DNA of 64,000 bases from Azolla caroliniana. Lineage: Eukaryota; Plantae; Polypodiophyta. The position numbers and the translations under genes are program-made. The DNA is taken from the NCBI GenBank assembly GCA_043228905.1, contig JBHGNT010000012.1, forward strand, positions 4,836,001-4,900,000, given 5' to 3'. The notes under the pieces were generated by a model. That model was not told the origin of the DNA. It did not search any database and was given only the letters and a program-made list of their open reading frames with translations. The number at the start of each line of letters is the position of its first letter. The stretch's first letter is position 1. Positions 52,196 to 64,000 of the stretch are shown here, one piece after another.

Positions 52196-52651
52196 TGTTA
52201 CCCGTTCCTTTGGGTGAACACCTTCGATAGATCTGTGGCTATCGGTATTCAAGGGCGTGGTACGTGAAGGCTCGTAACAGAGGCGTCAAGAGAGAGACAG
52301 GGCTCAGAGAGAAAACACTAGCGAGGTCTTGATAGACGTGGGCAGCGTTGAACTCATAAGTATGGATCAAAGCACAGACTCATGGAGCAAAATGGGCACA
52401 AATAAGATCTATTAATATGACAAAAAAGATTACAGAACACGGCCTATGGTCGGTGACCTTACAAGTTTACCTAGTTACGAGGGACTAAGCTAGTGCTTCC
52501 GCCTATATTTTTATTCTCTCTCTCTCTGAGGTACTGGTCCTCGTTTAAATAACTTTTCCCCTAATACACAGCCGAGCCGTCGGTGGCTCGTGATACTCGG
52601 ACTCGGCGTTTGCTAATTTCCTAATTTTACATTTCTGTCCCCTGGACAACA
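52196..52651 (-). repeat. Putative LTR of the large Gypsy
   Basis: TGTT...AACA ends, 456 bp, lying ~100 bp past the stop codon of the extra ORF. The left boundary is inferred from a single copy. Confidence 0.6.
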
Positions 52652-52749
52652 CTTTGCACGCCCGTGGGACAGGACCTTGTCCGTCGGACCCACGACTTAC
52701 AAAATACTGACAATATTACAAAAATTGCCTTTTAGGCGTGATCCTCGTT

Positions 52750-54383
52750 TCATTCCTCTTTTAAGATGTCGAGGATGCTTTCAGGGTCCGGGGTGGTGGC
52801 AGGGTGGTCTGGTTGGACTATCGGTGCGGGGGGTTGAGTTTGGTCTGGGGGTGTCATATCTTCTCGGGCGTCTGCCTCAGGTGCGGCCGATTCTTCTGGT
52901 GGGGGTGTGGGTTCGAGGGCACTGACCTCTACTTCGATTGGATCTGGTATCGTGTGGGCGTCCATGGGATGTCTGTTGGCCGGGGCAAGTTCGTCCTGTG
53001 CCGTGTCCGTGATCTCCTTGCTGGAAGGTTCTTCCTTCTGCTCTGTGGCCGTTGGAGGGCTGGTGGGGATGGCTGCGAGTCGTTCTCGTTCGAAGGCTTC
53101 TGCTTCCAAGCGAAACAACATCTGATCGTCATTGAAGTCCTCCATTATTTGCTCGATTGCCGCGGTGTGAGATTTTGCCAAGGATTGGTAATCCTCAGTT
53201 AAATTTGCACGCAGGTTTTGTATGCTGGCTTCGTCTTTGTAGAAGCCGCGGCCCTCCTTCCGTCGGTTCTCGGCGTCGGCGCGTAAAATATGCAATTCGG
53301 CAGCTTGGGCTGCCCATTCGTCTCCTGCGCGACTTAATGTTTCCTCAACCTTTTTGGTAAGGTGTTGGCGTTGTTTCTCAATCAGTATTCTGATGCGTGT
53401 CTCATCCATGCCGGGTTGTGCTCGGATGGCTGCTAATTCCTGTTTTAAGCCATCAACCTCGGCCTGAATCTTTTGTGCTCTTAGCTCATAGATGGCTTGA
53501 GTGTTCTTTGCATCCGCGATTACAAGCTGGAGAGCCTGCTCGTAACGCTTGGTGAGTTCTTCGGTGGCTTGCTCCCGTTCTTTTTGACACGTGGCCCGGA
53601 TTTGTTCCCATTCGACGATTCTCTCTTCTTGTAGGGCGAAGTAGGAATCCAATAATGCGTCCTTTTGCTCCAAAAGTAGCTTGCATTTGATGAAAAACTT
53701 GTCAGCCATTTCTTTAAGGGTCGTACGCTGACTCTGCAGCTCGGCATTCTCCGCGATCATCCTCTCCTCCCATTGGCGATTTCTTTCCTCCTGTCGATGG
53801 TTCCAGTCTTTCGCATTGTCGAGCGCGGCCTGTAGGTCTAGAACCTCCTTCTCTTTCTTCACCACTGTGGCTGCGTATTCCTCCAGCTTGCTTTTGAGTT
53901 CGGCTTCTTTGCCCGCGGCTTGCGCTTGTACCCGGCCCAGTGCTTCGTTCTGCTCGTGTATCCTTTGGTCGGCTTGGGCTCTAATCTCGGCCATCTGCTT
54001 GGAAGCTTCTTCTTTTAGGCGAGCCATCGCCTCTTGATGCCGTTGTTCGTGTCTCTCGGTTCGCCGTTCTTCTTCTTTAAGTTCCGCGCGGTAATCCCAG
54101 AGCAGGGGTTCTGTCTGGGTTGCCACTTCCTTGGGTGCACGAGGTGGTGGTATCTCGGTCTTCTCCATGGGCGTGGGCGCCTCGGTTGTTGTGCAGGCAT
54201 CGACCATTTGTAACGAGTCCGTTTGTGTACTGGCCTGCACCGTCAGGATTGAGTTGGTGATGGTGCTTTCATCCATCATTGTTATGCGTGGAGGCGCTGG
54301 GAGGGCCTCAGTGGTCGTGATCGGAAGGCTCAAGAGTTGTTGGTCCAGCCGGTTTTGCTCCCAGGCTGCCAGCTTCTGGTTCG
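52750..54383 (-). pseudogene. C-terminal half of the Gypsy extra ORF (long coiled coil)
   Basis: Open for >540 codons, E/K/Q/A-rich and heptad-like. Joins in frame to the 59757-61148 half across the Copia TSD (...ELWHA|TNQKLAAWEQ...). Confidence 0.8.
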
Positions 54384-54388
54384 TAGCG

Positions 54389-57300
54389 TGTCGAATACAA
54401 GTGTATAATGGACGTATTCACACTATCCCTTTCTATAGCTCAAGTTTGGGCCATTTGTGTAATTAGCATAAAGGGTAGTTGCCCTAAGTTTGTCACTATA
54501 TAAAGTGACCTAGTAACCTTTTTGTAAGGTTGGTTGTATTATTGTTTCTATGGAATAGAAAGAGTCTTTTGTGCCTCCTCTCTCTCTCTCTCTATCTCTG
54601 TGCACGATCTTGATAACTGTCATACGCAGGTACTCAACAGCTATCGAATGCTACTTGATCTTCCGCATTGACGGCCTTGTCTACAACATTTGGTATCAGA
54701 GCCTGTCTTCCTCAACCCGCTGTCGGCCGTCGTCACAGCCTGCACAGTATTCGGCCTTTCGCTTCATCCCAGTCTGCAAAGCATTCGGTTTCCTGCGTCA
54801 TTCGAAGAAACAGAGAAGAAAGTAGGCAAACACAAGCTTGAATCTCGCTGCGTTAGATCATCACTCGGAGTAAGCCAGTCGGCTGTACTCTACGTCCTTG
54901 ATCGTAACTGCTTGAGGTGGGCTTCCTGCACAACGACGACTTCAAGGACAACCGAAGTTCGCGTTTCATTCGATTGGACAATAATCGGAAGGACCAGTCG
55001 GTTCCATTGCTCTCACCGTTGCAGTCAACCGAAACCGAATCGGCTTGAAGTACTGTCGGATCGTTAAATCTAGGTTCAACTCGACTAAGACAGTTGTCGG
55101 TAGTCAATCCGAACCTAATCCCCGATTCTCCGTAATCAACATCACTTGTGTCCAACTTCGGCTAGAACGACACTGAGTGGGCCAAACCGCTGCACTTCAC
55201 CAAAGTTCGTAGCCGACTTAGGGCAGAGTCATGACATCAACATCCGGCTCGTCAGAAATGAGTCTACGAAAGTTCGATGGATCGAACTTCAACTTCTGGA
55301 AGGAGCAAATGCAGGACTATCTCATAGTCAAGGGGCAAATCGATCCCATCGAAAATGAAGAACCTCCAGAAGGATACAAACCAATTGAGTGGCAGAAGCT
55401 GGACAGAATCGTCCGCGCCACGATTCGGATGCACCTATCGGAATCGGTATACTTTACGGTGCAATCGTGTACGACAGCATTCGAATTGTGGAAAACACTG
55501 TCGGACACCTACGAAAAGAAGGTCGCTGCAACGAAGATGTTTCTGATCCGGCGCCTCTACAACTTGCGGATGAAAGAATCAGATTCGGTTCAAGCACATC
55601 TCAATGAGTACGAAAGCATAAGCTCCCAAATCTCATCTCAGGGGACGGCAATCGAGGATGAACTCAGAGCAATGATACTCATGAGCAGCCTTCCCTCATC
55701 ATGGGAAACTTTCGTCACAACCGTGTGCAACGCGTCAACCACGGCTGTTAAATACTCCGAAGTCACGAGCGCAATTCTGACCGAAGCAGCTCGGAGAAAG
55801 TCTTTCGCCAAAGACTCAACAGACGACGCTTATGTAGTACAAGGTTCGACAGACCGATCGAACATACGAGGAAGAGATTCCTCACGGCAGCCGAACAATC
55901 AGCGAAGACGGAGCCAGTCACGGGATAATCGAATCTGCAACTATTGCAAGAAACCCGGACACATCAAAGCCGACTGCCGCGCACTCAAGAACAAGAATGA
56001 CAAGTCTCAGAAATCAGACAAGAAGAGTGGCCGGCATGAGGAGATCAATTACGTCAGCTTCTCAGCTGATGTGCTACCAAACGACCCGAATATACTATCA
56101 ATCGAAAATCCAGTCGGAACAGAAGTTCTGCTCACGACTGAAGAATCGAGCACATGGCTCTTAGATTCGGGTGCGTCATTTCACGTGACTCCTCATCGAT
56201 CCCAATTTCGACAATATACGATCCGTCACTCCGACTCAGTTCGAGTCGGCAACTCACAACACTGTGACATCATTGGAATCGGCACAGTAGAGCTCAACCT
56301 TGCAGGTGGCTCTACACGTGTACTTCACAATGTCCGACATGTACCCGAGCTCTCAAGGCCATTGATCTCAGTCGGACAACTAGATGAAGACGACATTCGT
56401 GCCGGTTTTTCTTCGGGAGGGTGGACACTCCACAGGGGGAACCTCCTGCTTGCTAGAGGACCCAAGATACACTCACTGTATCCGTTACATGTTACGCTCA
56501 GAGAGGGTAACCTGTTTTTGGTGGATATTCCTGTGTCATCACTATGGCACAGAAGATTAGGACACCTCAGCAAGGCCGGCATCACGCACCTATCTAGAGC
56601 CGGATACATCCCTAAACTCTCCTTCTCGGACCATCAATTCTGCGAACACTGCCAGTATGGCAAACAAGCAGCCGCATCACACCCGACATCAGCACCAAGA
56701 GAAACGAGACCTCTCGATTTAGTCCACTCGGACGTCTGTGGCCCAATGCCGCATCAGTCTCTCGGCGGTGCCTCTTACTTCGTCAGTTTTATTGACGATT
56801 CGACTCGAAAGGTGTGGGCTTATCCAATTCGCACCAAAGATCGTGTCTTCTCGATCTTCTCCGATTGGCTCGCTATGGTAGAAAATCAAACTGACCGAAA
56901 ACTGAAATGCTTTCGGACCGACAATGGGGGAGAGTTCAAATCAGAAGAATTCGTCAAAATCTGCCGACAACGCGGCATCCGACGTGAATTTACGGCACCA
57001 CAGAGTCCGGAGCGAAACGGGATTGCAGAACGCATGAATCGGACAATCCAAGAACGGATAGTTTCCATGCTCCAACACTCTGGACTGTCGGATGGCTTCT
57101 GGGCAGAGGCTCTACTCACGGCAGTACACATAATCAATATGTCGCCAAGCAGACCTCTAGGACTTCAAATTCCTCAGGAACTATGGATCGGTAGTAAGCC
57201 GAATTACGACAAGCTGAGGATCTTCGGATGCGAGGCGTACGCTCTTATTCCGAAAGATGATCGCCGAAAACTTGCACCTCGGTCCAGGAAATGCATTTTC

Positions 57301-59756
57301 CTTGGATATGGATCAGACGGCGAAATGGGATACCGACTCTGGGACCCCGAACGCAGACAAATCGTTCGAAGTTCGGACGTTGTGTTCAACGAGTCGGCTA
57401 TGAATCCATCAGTCAAAACACCGATCGAAGTCCGAAGGGTAACATTTTCCGATGTGCCGACCCTTCAAGAAGGCCCCGCTCTTAACACACGGTCAGCTTC
57501 ACGGGTAGCTGAACCTTACACTACCGACTCGGACAACTCTGACTCGGCACAGCAGAATAATTCGCTTTCGGACCATCCGACCTCGATACCCGATACGACC
57601 AGTCCAATCATACCTCGACGATCCGAGAGACTGTCGCACCCTCCGGAGAGGTATTCTCCTGGAATTTTCTTCACCGATGGCGGCGAGCCGACGTCTTACG
57701 AAGAAGCATCGACATCTGTCGATTCAGCCACCTGGCATCTGGCGATGGAGTCGGAAATGCACTCCATTCGGGCAAACAAGACTTGGGATCTGGTCGAATT
57801 ACCTAAGAATCGACGTGCTCTTCCTTGCAAGTGGGTTTATCGACTAAAAGAGACGTCTGATTCGACCACCCCAAAGTACAAGGCCAGATTAGTTGCGAAG
57901 GGCTTCCGACAAGAATATGGCGTCGACTTCGACGAGATTTTTTCACCAGTGGTGAAAATGACAACCCTTCATTTTCTACTTGGCGTAGTGGCAGCCGACA
58001 ACCTGGAGCTGATTCAGCTAGACGTCAAAACAGCCTTCCTCCATGGTGATCTTGAAGAGGAAATTTATATGGAGCAGCCAAAAGGCTTCGTGGCAACTGG
58101 CCAAGAACATCTAGTCTGCCGACTCAGGAAGAGTCTATACGGCCTCAAACAGGCACCGCGACAATGGTACAAGAAGTTCGACGACTTCATCCAATCGATC
58201 GGCTTCTCAAAAAGCGATGAGGACCATTGTCTTTTTACCCACACAGCTCAAGATGGATCACCCATCTTCCTCATCATTTACGTGGACGACATGCTAATTT
58301 CTGGACGCCACGCGGGCGAACTTGCCGATCTCATTCGGCAATTGCGGTTGAAGTTTGCCATGAACGACCTCGGTCCGGCACGACACATACTCGGCATGAA
58401 GATTAGTCGGCATCGCGATAAACGACATCTTTTTTTGTCTCAGACCGACTATATCGGACGTGTCTTGGAACGCTTCAACATGCAATCAGCCAAATCTGCT
58501 TCAACCTCGCTCCCCATGAATCTTCGGCTCTCTCAGCGAGACTGCCCGACATCCGGTCCGGAGGGGGAAGATATGAAGTCGGTACCGTATGCACCGGCAG
58601 TCGGCTCCCTTATGTACCTGATGGTCGCGACACAGCCTGATATTTCTCATGCCGTAGGAGTCGTTAGCAGATTTATGCACAATCCTGGCCGATCGCATTG
58701 GAACGCAATCAAGCATGTGTTCAAATATCTGGCTGGCACAAAAGACCACGGCATTCTTTTCGGTCCGAACTCAACCTCAGGCGTAGTCGGTTACACCGAC
58801 TCGGACTTCGCCGGCTGTATAGACAGTCGGAAATCAACAACTGGATACTGCTTCAAATTCGGCAATGGAGCAATTTCGTGGAAGTCGAAACTTCAGGAGT
58901 GCACAACGACCTCAACGACCGAAGCAGAATATGTAGCTGCGTCCGACGCTGCAAAAGAAGCTTTGTGGCTCGGCCGGTTGGCGCACACGTTTCGACAAGT
59001 CGATCATGACTCAACCCCAGTTGTCTATAGCGACAGTCAAGGTGCTGTTGCCTTGTCGAAAAATCCGGTCCACCACAACGCCTCCAAACATATCGACGTT
59101 TGATATCACTTCGTTCGGGACTGCGTCATTTCAGGGAAAATCGGTCTAGAGAAAATATCCACAACCGACAATGTCGCAGATGGAATGACCAAGTGTCTTT
59201 CGGCAGACCGCTTTCGGTCCCTTCGGCATCAGATGGGCGTAACGACAAACCAGTCCGGTTAGAACCGGACACAGCGCAGGATGGTTTCAGACAACCGACA
59301 TCAGTTCCTTAATGATCGGCTTCAACTCTTCCGACCCGACCAGTCCGGTCTTCTGCCTTCGGACCCTGCCGACTCGAACAAAAACTGATATGTCCGAGAA
59401 CTTAGGTTTATACCTGTAATCTTAGATAACCCATGTATACGCCCATTACGGGGGAGTGTCGAATACAAGTGTATAATGGACGTATTCACACTATCCCTTT
59501 CTATAGCTCAAGTTTGGGCCATTTGTGTAATTAGCATAAAGGGTAGTTGCCCTAAGTTTGTCACTATATAAAGTGACCTAGTAACCTTTTTGTAAGGTTG
59601 GTTGTATTATTGTTTCTATGGAATAGAAAGAGTCTTTTGTGCCTCCTCTCTCTCTCTCTCTATCTCTGTGCACGATCTTGATAACTGTCATACGCAGGTA
59701 CTCAACAGCTATCGAATGCTACTTGATCTTCCGCATTGACGGCCTTGTCTACAACA
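54389..59756 (+). mobile_element. Very young full-length Ty1/Copia LTR retrotransposon (Tnt1/Tork-like)
   Basis: 300-bp LTRs at 54389-54688 and 59457-59756, identical by eye. TSD TAGCG at 54384-54388 and 59757-59761. PBS tggtatcagagcc at 54691. PPT gggggag before 59457. Confidence 0.97.
55231..59262 (+). CDS. Copia gag-pol polyprotein with one premature TGA at 59101-59103 in RNase H
   Basis: 1290-aa ORF with CNYCKKPGHIKADC, WLLDSGAS, HSDVCGP, RTDNGGEF, YKARLVAKG, YVDD and YTDSD. The same frame continues KHIDV*YHFVRD...NVADGMTK to TAG at 59260-59262. Confidence 0.93.
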
Positions 59757-61148
59757 TAGCGTGCCATAATTCTGTAGCCATCTTAGCCTGTTTTTGGGCT
59801 ATTTTTATCTTTCGGGCCATGTCTTTGGCTACCCGCGTAGTGTGATCCAGGTCCCGATATGCCTCGATAAGGGTCGTGTTCAACTCGGGGACTTCCATGA
59901 GGAGAGCGGCCTGTTTTGCCTGCTTCTTCCTCCCGATTTTTTGTAAAGCCCTGTCCTCCTGGGGCTCAATTTCACCTATTAGCGCGCGTTGAATCATTTT
60001 TGTTTCGGCGTGCTCCTCCGCCATTCGAGCGAATGTCGTATCGAGGCGTAGGAGCGCACTAAATTCGTAAGCCTCCGCGGGGAGGTCCTTATACCCGAGG
60101 ACTTTATCCTCCGAGATCTGTGTTGTCTGCCCATGCTCGATCTTTCCCTGGTTCAGCGATGCCTCCTCAGGGATGATGGCCAGGTTGCTCTGTTTGACAA
60201 CTAAGGCTTGCTCCTGTTGTGGCTCTTTCTGTTCTTCTGAGGACTCACGATTGAGTCGTCTTCTCTTGCTCGGCTGTGTTTGGGGTTCCGGGGCCGGTAG
60301 TGTCGTTTCCTCCGCCTGCTTCCTTTTCTAGGGTCGTGGTGGTGCAACCTGCTGTGAGTTGGAGCGTGGGCTAGGCCCTGGGGACATTACCGAGGGGCGC
60401 GACGTTGGCTGTCGAATGGTGACGTCATCGGCCGTGTTGTCTTCCGCAGCTACCTCCTCCTCCCATTCTTGGCAGGTCTCAGAAACTGCCCTTTTTTGTT
60501 GGGGTTGGGTGGGTGGTGGTGCAGATGCGGGGTTTTGGTCGGCCGCAGGAGGTGAAGGCGATGTGGGCTCCTCCCATGCTTCGTGGCTGATGGCAACGAA
60601 TTTCTCTCTCTGCCTTCGTGGTGGTGGTGGGGACGTGAGTGTGCGAGGGGAAGGAAGAGAAGAGGGTGGGTATAGAACCATCAAAAAGTGGGTAAGAACA
60701 GACAACATCTTCTTACCGGACTGAAATGAAGCTAAGGCGGCGCGGAGTCCCTCGCCTGTGATGATTCCCCAATCGATTATGTTTCCTTCATACGCGCTGA
60801 TGATGATGGTTGCCTTGTTCTGCGGCATGCTCGTTGGGTTCGTATGCACGAACACATACTCCATTAATATACGAGCAATCTCCCCGAAAGCTCTGTTGGG
60901 ACCGCCATACGTGCGATATGCCTTCCCTGAGGGTGAGTACTCACCGAAGTACGCTTTCATCTTTGATGCCGGGGGTATGTCGACCTCATGGTCCCCTCCC
61001 CGCTGCAGGTCCAGAATAGCCCGAAGCACGTTGTTGGTGATGGCATCGGGACTTCTGGGTGCGCGGGGGCATCGATGATCTTCAGGTAACCGCCCATTCC
61101 TCGTTCCTGGAGCCAGGCGCGGGTTTCTGTTGAAGCGGTAAGAGGCAT
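59757..61148 (-). pseudogene. N-terminal half of the Gypsy extra ORF
   Basis: ATG at 61148 (MPLTASTETRAWLQERGMGGYL), a frameshift near 61050, frame 60328-61029, a single TAG at 60330-60328, then the same frame open to the Copia TSD. Confidence 0.72.
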
Positions 61149-61670
61149 GGTGGAGATGGAGACGAGGTTCGACTGTGTGGAAGCGTGAAGAAGAGTGATG
61201 AGGCGAGGGCGAGACACAGGAGGAACAGTAGGAAGGGGAAGTCCAGCAAAGGGGTTATGAGAGTGAAAGAGGGCTTGAGAGCAAGAGCGTTTAGCGCGAT
61301 GAGAGCGAGACAGGGTTTCTGAGCTTGAGAGCGATGGAGATGGGGAGCGATAATGAACTTTTGTGTCTGTGCTGCGTTTTGGAAACGGTTTTAGTAACTT
61401 ACTCCTTGGCTTTTGTGCCTGAAGCGAATCCTGAAGATTCTGAGTCGTGGGTGCCATAATAAGTGACTAGCACCACGTGTCCTGAAGGTGAGTGGGGTGC
61501 TTCTAGTGCTTTGCATGTGCTTAAATAGGTACTAAATGAGTGGTGGCGAGGGGTGCTCCTAAAATTGTGGGTGCATAGGTGGGTGGTGTAGGTGTAGCTA
61601 ATCAGTGGCTAAACTATGGTTAATCCTACCTACTACTACTTTTATTAATTTCAAGAAGGTGGGTGAGTCC

Positions 61671-63972
61671 TTATTCAGGGGGACATGTGGCGTCCTCCGC
61701 GGTGGTCTCCCGAAACTCGTTTGTGCCGTGTGGCTCGGTAAACAGGTTGGGTGGTGTAGTCCCTCGATATGGTCGAAGTCGGAAACCATTGGCCCAGCTT
61801 TTGACAGTGTCGCCGGCGAGTGTGCCGAGCTGGAACGTCCCGTTGAACTCGTCGATAATCCAGAATGGACCGGTCCACCGAAATTTTAATTTTCCCGGCA
61901 TTGACCCGAGTCGTGTTTGAAAAAGAAGAACTGGTTTGCCGATGGTGAGCTCCTTCTCCAGCCCGTGTCGATGTCGATCCACGAAAGCCTTGCGTTGCCA
62001 TTTGGCGTTGTTCGAGCTGGGCCATACTCTCTATCCTATCTTCGTCGAGTTCGAGGAGTTGTTCCAGCCGGTATTGCTCGGATTGGGCCTCGGGGAGCTG
62101 TGCTTTGACTTGAACGCAGAGGCTCGGGACTCGGAACTCGACGGGCATTACGGCTTCTAACCCGAACGCCATTCGAAAGGGGGTTGATTGGATGCTTGTT
62201 TTGAAAGTCGTATGATACGCCCACAACGCGCTCTGGAGTTTGTCATCCCAATCGGTCCTGTTTTCATTGACGATCTTCTTCAGTATGGTTTGGAGGATTT
62301 TATTGGTCGATTCCGCCAAGCCGTTCGCCTGCGGGTAGTATGGTGTGCTTTTCTTGTGCACCACCGCGTAGTGGTGTGTAAGCTCACGTATTATATGATT
62401 GATGAAGTGCCCACCTTGATCACTAACGAGCTCGATTGGGCATCCGTAACGGCACCAGAGATGCTCGTACACGAATTTAGCCGTGGATGCCGCCGTGTTA
62501 TCTCGGAGTGCCTTAGCCTCGACCCATTTGGTGCAGTAATCCGTGGCAACGATAATATACCTATTCCCTGTTCGAGCCGCGGGTGGTTTGAAAGGGCCTA
62601 CAAAATCCAAACCCCATTTTTGAAATGGGTCCAACGGAAGAATCGGCTGGTGTGGCATCCGTGACTGTTCCATTGGTTGCCCCAGTCGTTGGCACAAATC
62701 GCACTGCCGGCAAAACTCGTGAGCGTCTTTCTTCGTTGTCGGCCACCACAATCCACTTTGCCAAACTTTCCTTGCCGTGGAATCCCCGGTGTAGTGCCCC
62801 CCAGCTACTCCCTAGTGGGCTTCCTAAAGAACGACGTTCTTCTCGAATTGCCGAATCGCTCGACGCCATATGCCATCCGAGCCTTTGTGGTAGAGAATGT
62901 CCGAGACGAGGCAAAAATTCCAGCTACGGACTGCTAGGCGTTTTCTCGCGTCAAGGGTCATGTGCTCGGGAGGTACACCGGTAGTGAGAAAATGGGTCAT
63001 TTCCGTGATCCATTCATCTCCATTATCGTCTGGTATCGTGGTCAAGTTAAATAGGCTGGCGTCTAGTAGCTCGTCATACGTTGTTTTCGCCGGTTCTCCT
63101 GACTCAAGACGGCTCAAGTAGTCGGCGACGGCATGTTGTACCCCGGGTCGATGCTGAATCTGAAAATCAAACTCTTGTAGTAGGAGCATCCACCGAGCCA
63201 ACCGTCCAGTGAGGGCTTGTTTATTGACCAAATAAAGAAGGGTCGAGTGATCCACGTGAAAGGTAAATTTTCGGCCCAAGAGGTAATACCGAAATTTATT
63301 GATGCTATAAATCATACCGAGGGCCTCCCGCTCGGTGGTGGAGTAATTCTTTTCCGCGGTCGAGAGCCGTCGGCTGGCGTAGTACACGGGCCTATACCAA
63401 ATCGGGGGTGTGCATTGCATCAGCGCACTTCTGATGGCGATGTCCGAAGCATCTACGAAGACATGAAACGGTTCGGACCAAACCGGGGACTGGACCACCA
63501 GGGCATGTGACAACATTCGTTTCAGGGTCTGATAGACTGTGTCCTCGATTGACGTCCATTGGAAAGGAAGGCGATGGACTGCCGCGTGTAAAGGTGTCGC
63601 GAAATCGGCCAGGTGTCGTATCATTCGGCTGTGCCACCGGATCTGTCCCAAAAAACGGCTTAGTGCCTTAGCGTTCGAGGGTGCGGTGGCATTCAGGATT
63701 GCCTTTACTTTATCCGGATCCATAGCGATGCCTTGTTGACTGACAATGTGGCCGAGAAGGTTGCTGCTGGTGACTAAGAATGCGCATTTCGCCGGGTTCA
63801 AACTCAATCGAGCTTGGCGACATTGCTCCAGGTAGAGTCGTAATTGGGTCATGTGTTCCCGTCGATGGCCATACATGGCGAAATCGTCAAGAAAGACTTG
63901 CATGAACGTCGAGATGTAGTCATGAAAGATTTCGGTGATGATGTGCTGGAACGTAGCCGGCGCCGTTTTTAG
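61671..63972 (-). pseudogene. Gypsy pol (RT C-terminal part, RNase H, integrase) with frameshifts
   Basis: ORFs 62824-63903, 61675-62751 and 61671-61982 carry consecutive pol motifs. Confidence 0.9.
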
Positions 63973-64000
63973 ATTCTTATCTAGTTATAGCCGTTGAACC

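Larger units (their letters stand above)
52196..63972 (-). mobile_element. Non-chromovirus Ty3/Gypsy element (Athila/Tat-superclade-like), 3' part, with an extra ORF; interrupted by a nested Copia
   Basis: RT (FLDD) and RNase H (DASD, NYSTTERE) at 62824-63972. Integrase (GLDFVGP, SDQG, NGLAE) at 61675-62751 and GPF motif WTGPF. No chromodomain. Extra ORF from 61148 to 52750. Putative LTR at 52196-52651 (tgtt...aaca); the second LTR is not in the window. Confidence 0.85.

Noticed and set aside
59101-59103. Programmed stop-codon readthrough in Copia pol
   Set aside because: The stop falls on a conserved Arg codon inside RNase H with no readthrough context; a CGA-to-TGA mutation is the simpler explanation.
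52677-63739. Numerous antisense and alternative-frame short ORFs inside the retroelements
   Set aside because: Expected shadow ORFs of GC-rich coding sequence with no independent motifs.

Overview
Eukaryotic land-plant genomic DNA. It is intron-rich and TE-rich, and probably from a fern or other seed-free plant (inferred from a Tcn1-type chromovirus, not proven). Five host genes are supportable: the last two exons of an STY/Raf-like kinase (+), an intronless 3-hydroxyisobutyrate-dehydrogenase-like gene (-), a two-exon VID27/DEM1-like gene (-), a nine-exon SGF29 (+) and a five-exon serine acetyltransferase (-). Between them lie a full-length degenerate chromovirus, an old Copia carrying a nested hAT element, a 5'-truncated LINE carrying a solo LTR, and a large non-chromovirus Gypsy whose accessory ORF is interrupted by a very young Copia. 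There are also MITE/foldback elements and many short tandem duplications. Most notable observations: (1) the serine acetyltransferase lacks the usual C-terminal Ile tail and instead ends in an EF-hand pair; (2) the large Gypsy has a copy of the tRNA-Arg 3' end instead of a polypurine tract next to its 3' LTR, plus a reconstructable ~1000-aa NLS/coiled-coil accessory protein; (3) the chromovirus shows a Tf1-type self-priming signature; (4) the solo LTR carries a dense heat-shock-element array. All calls were made by eye; no database search was run, so novelty is unverified.
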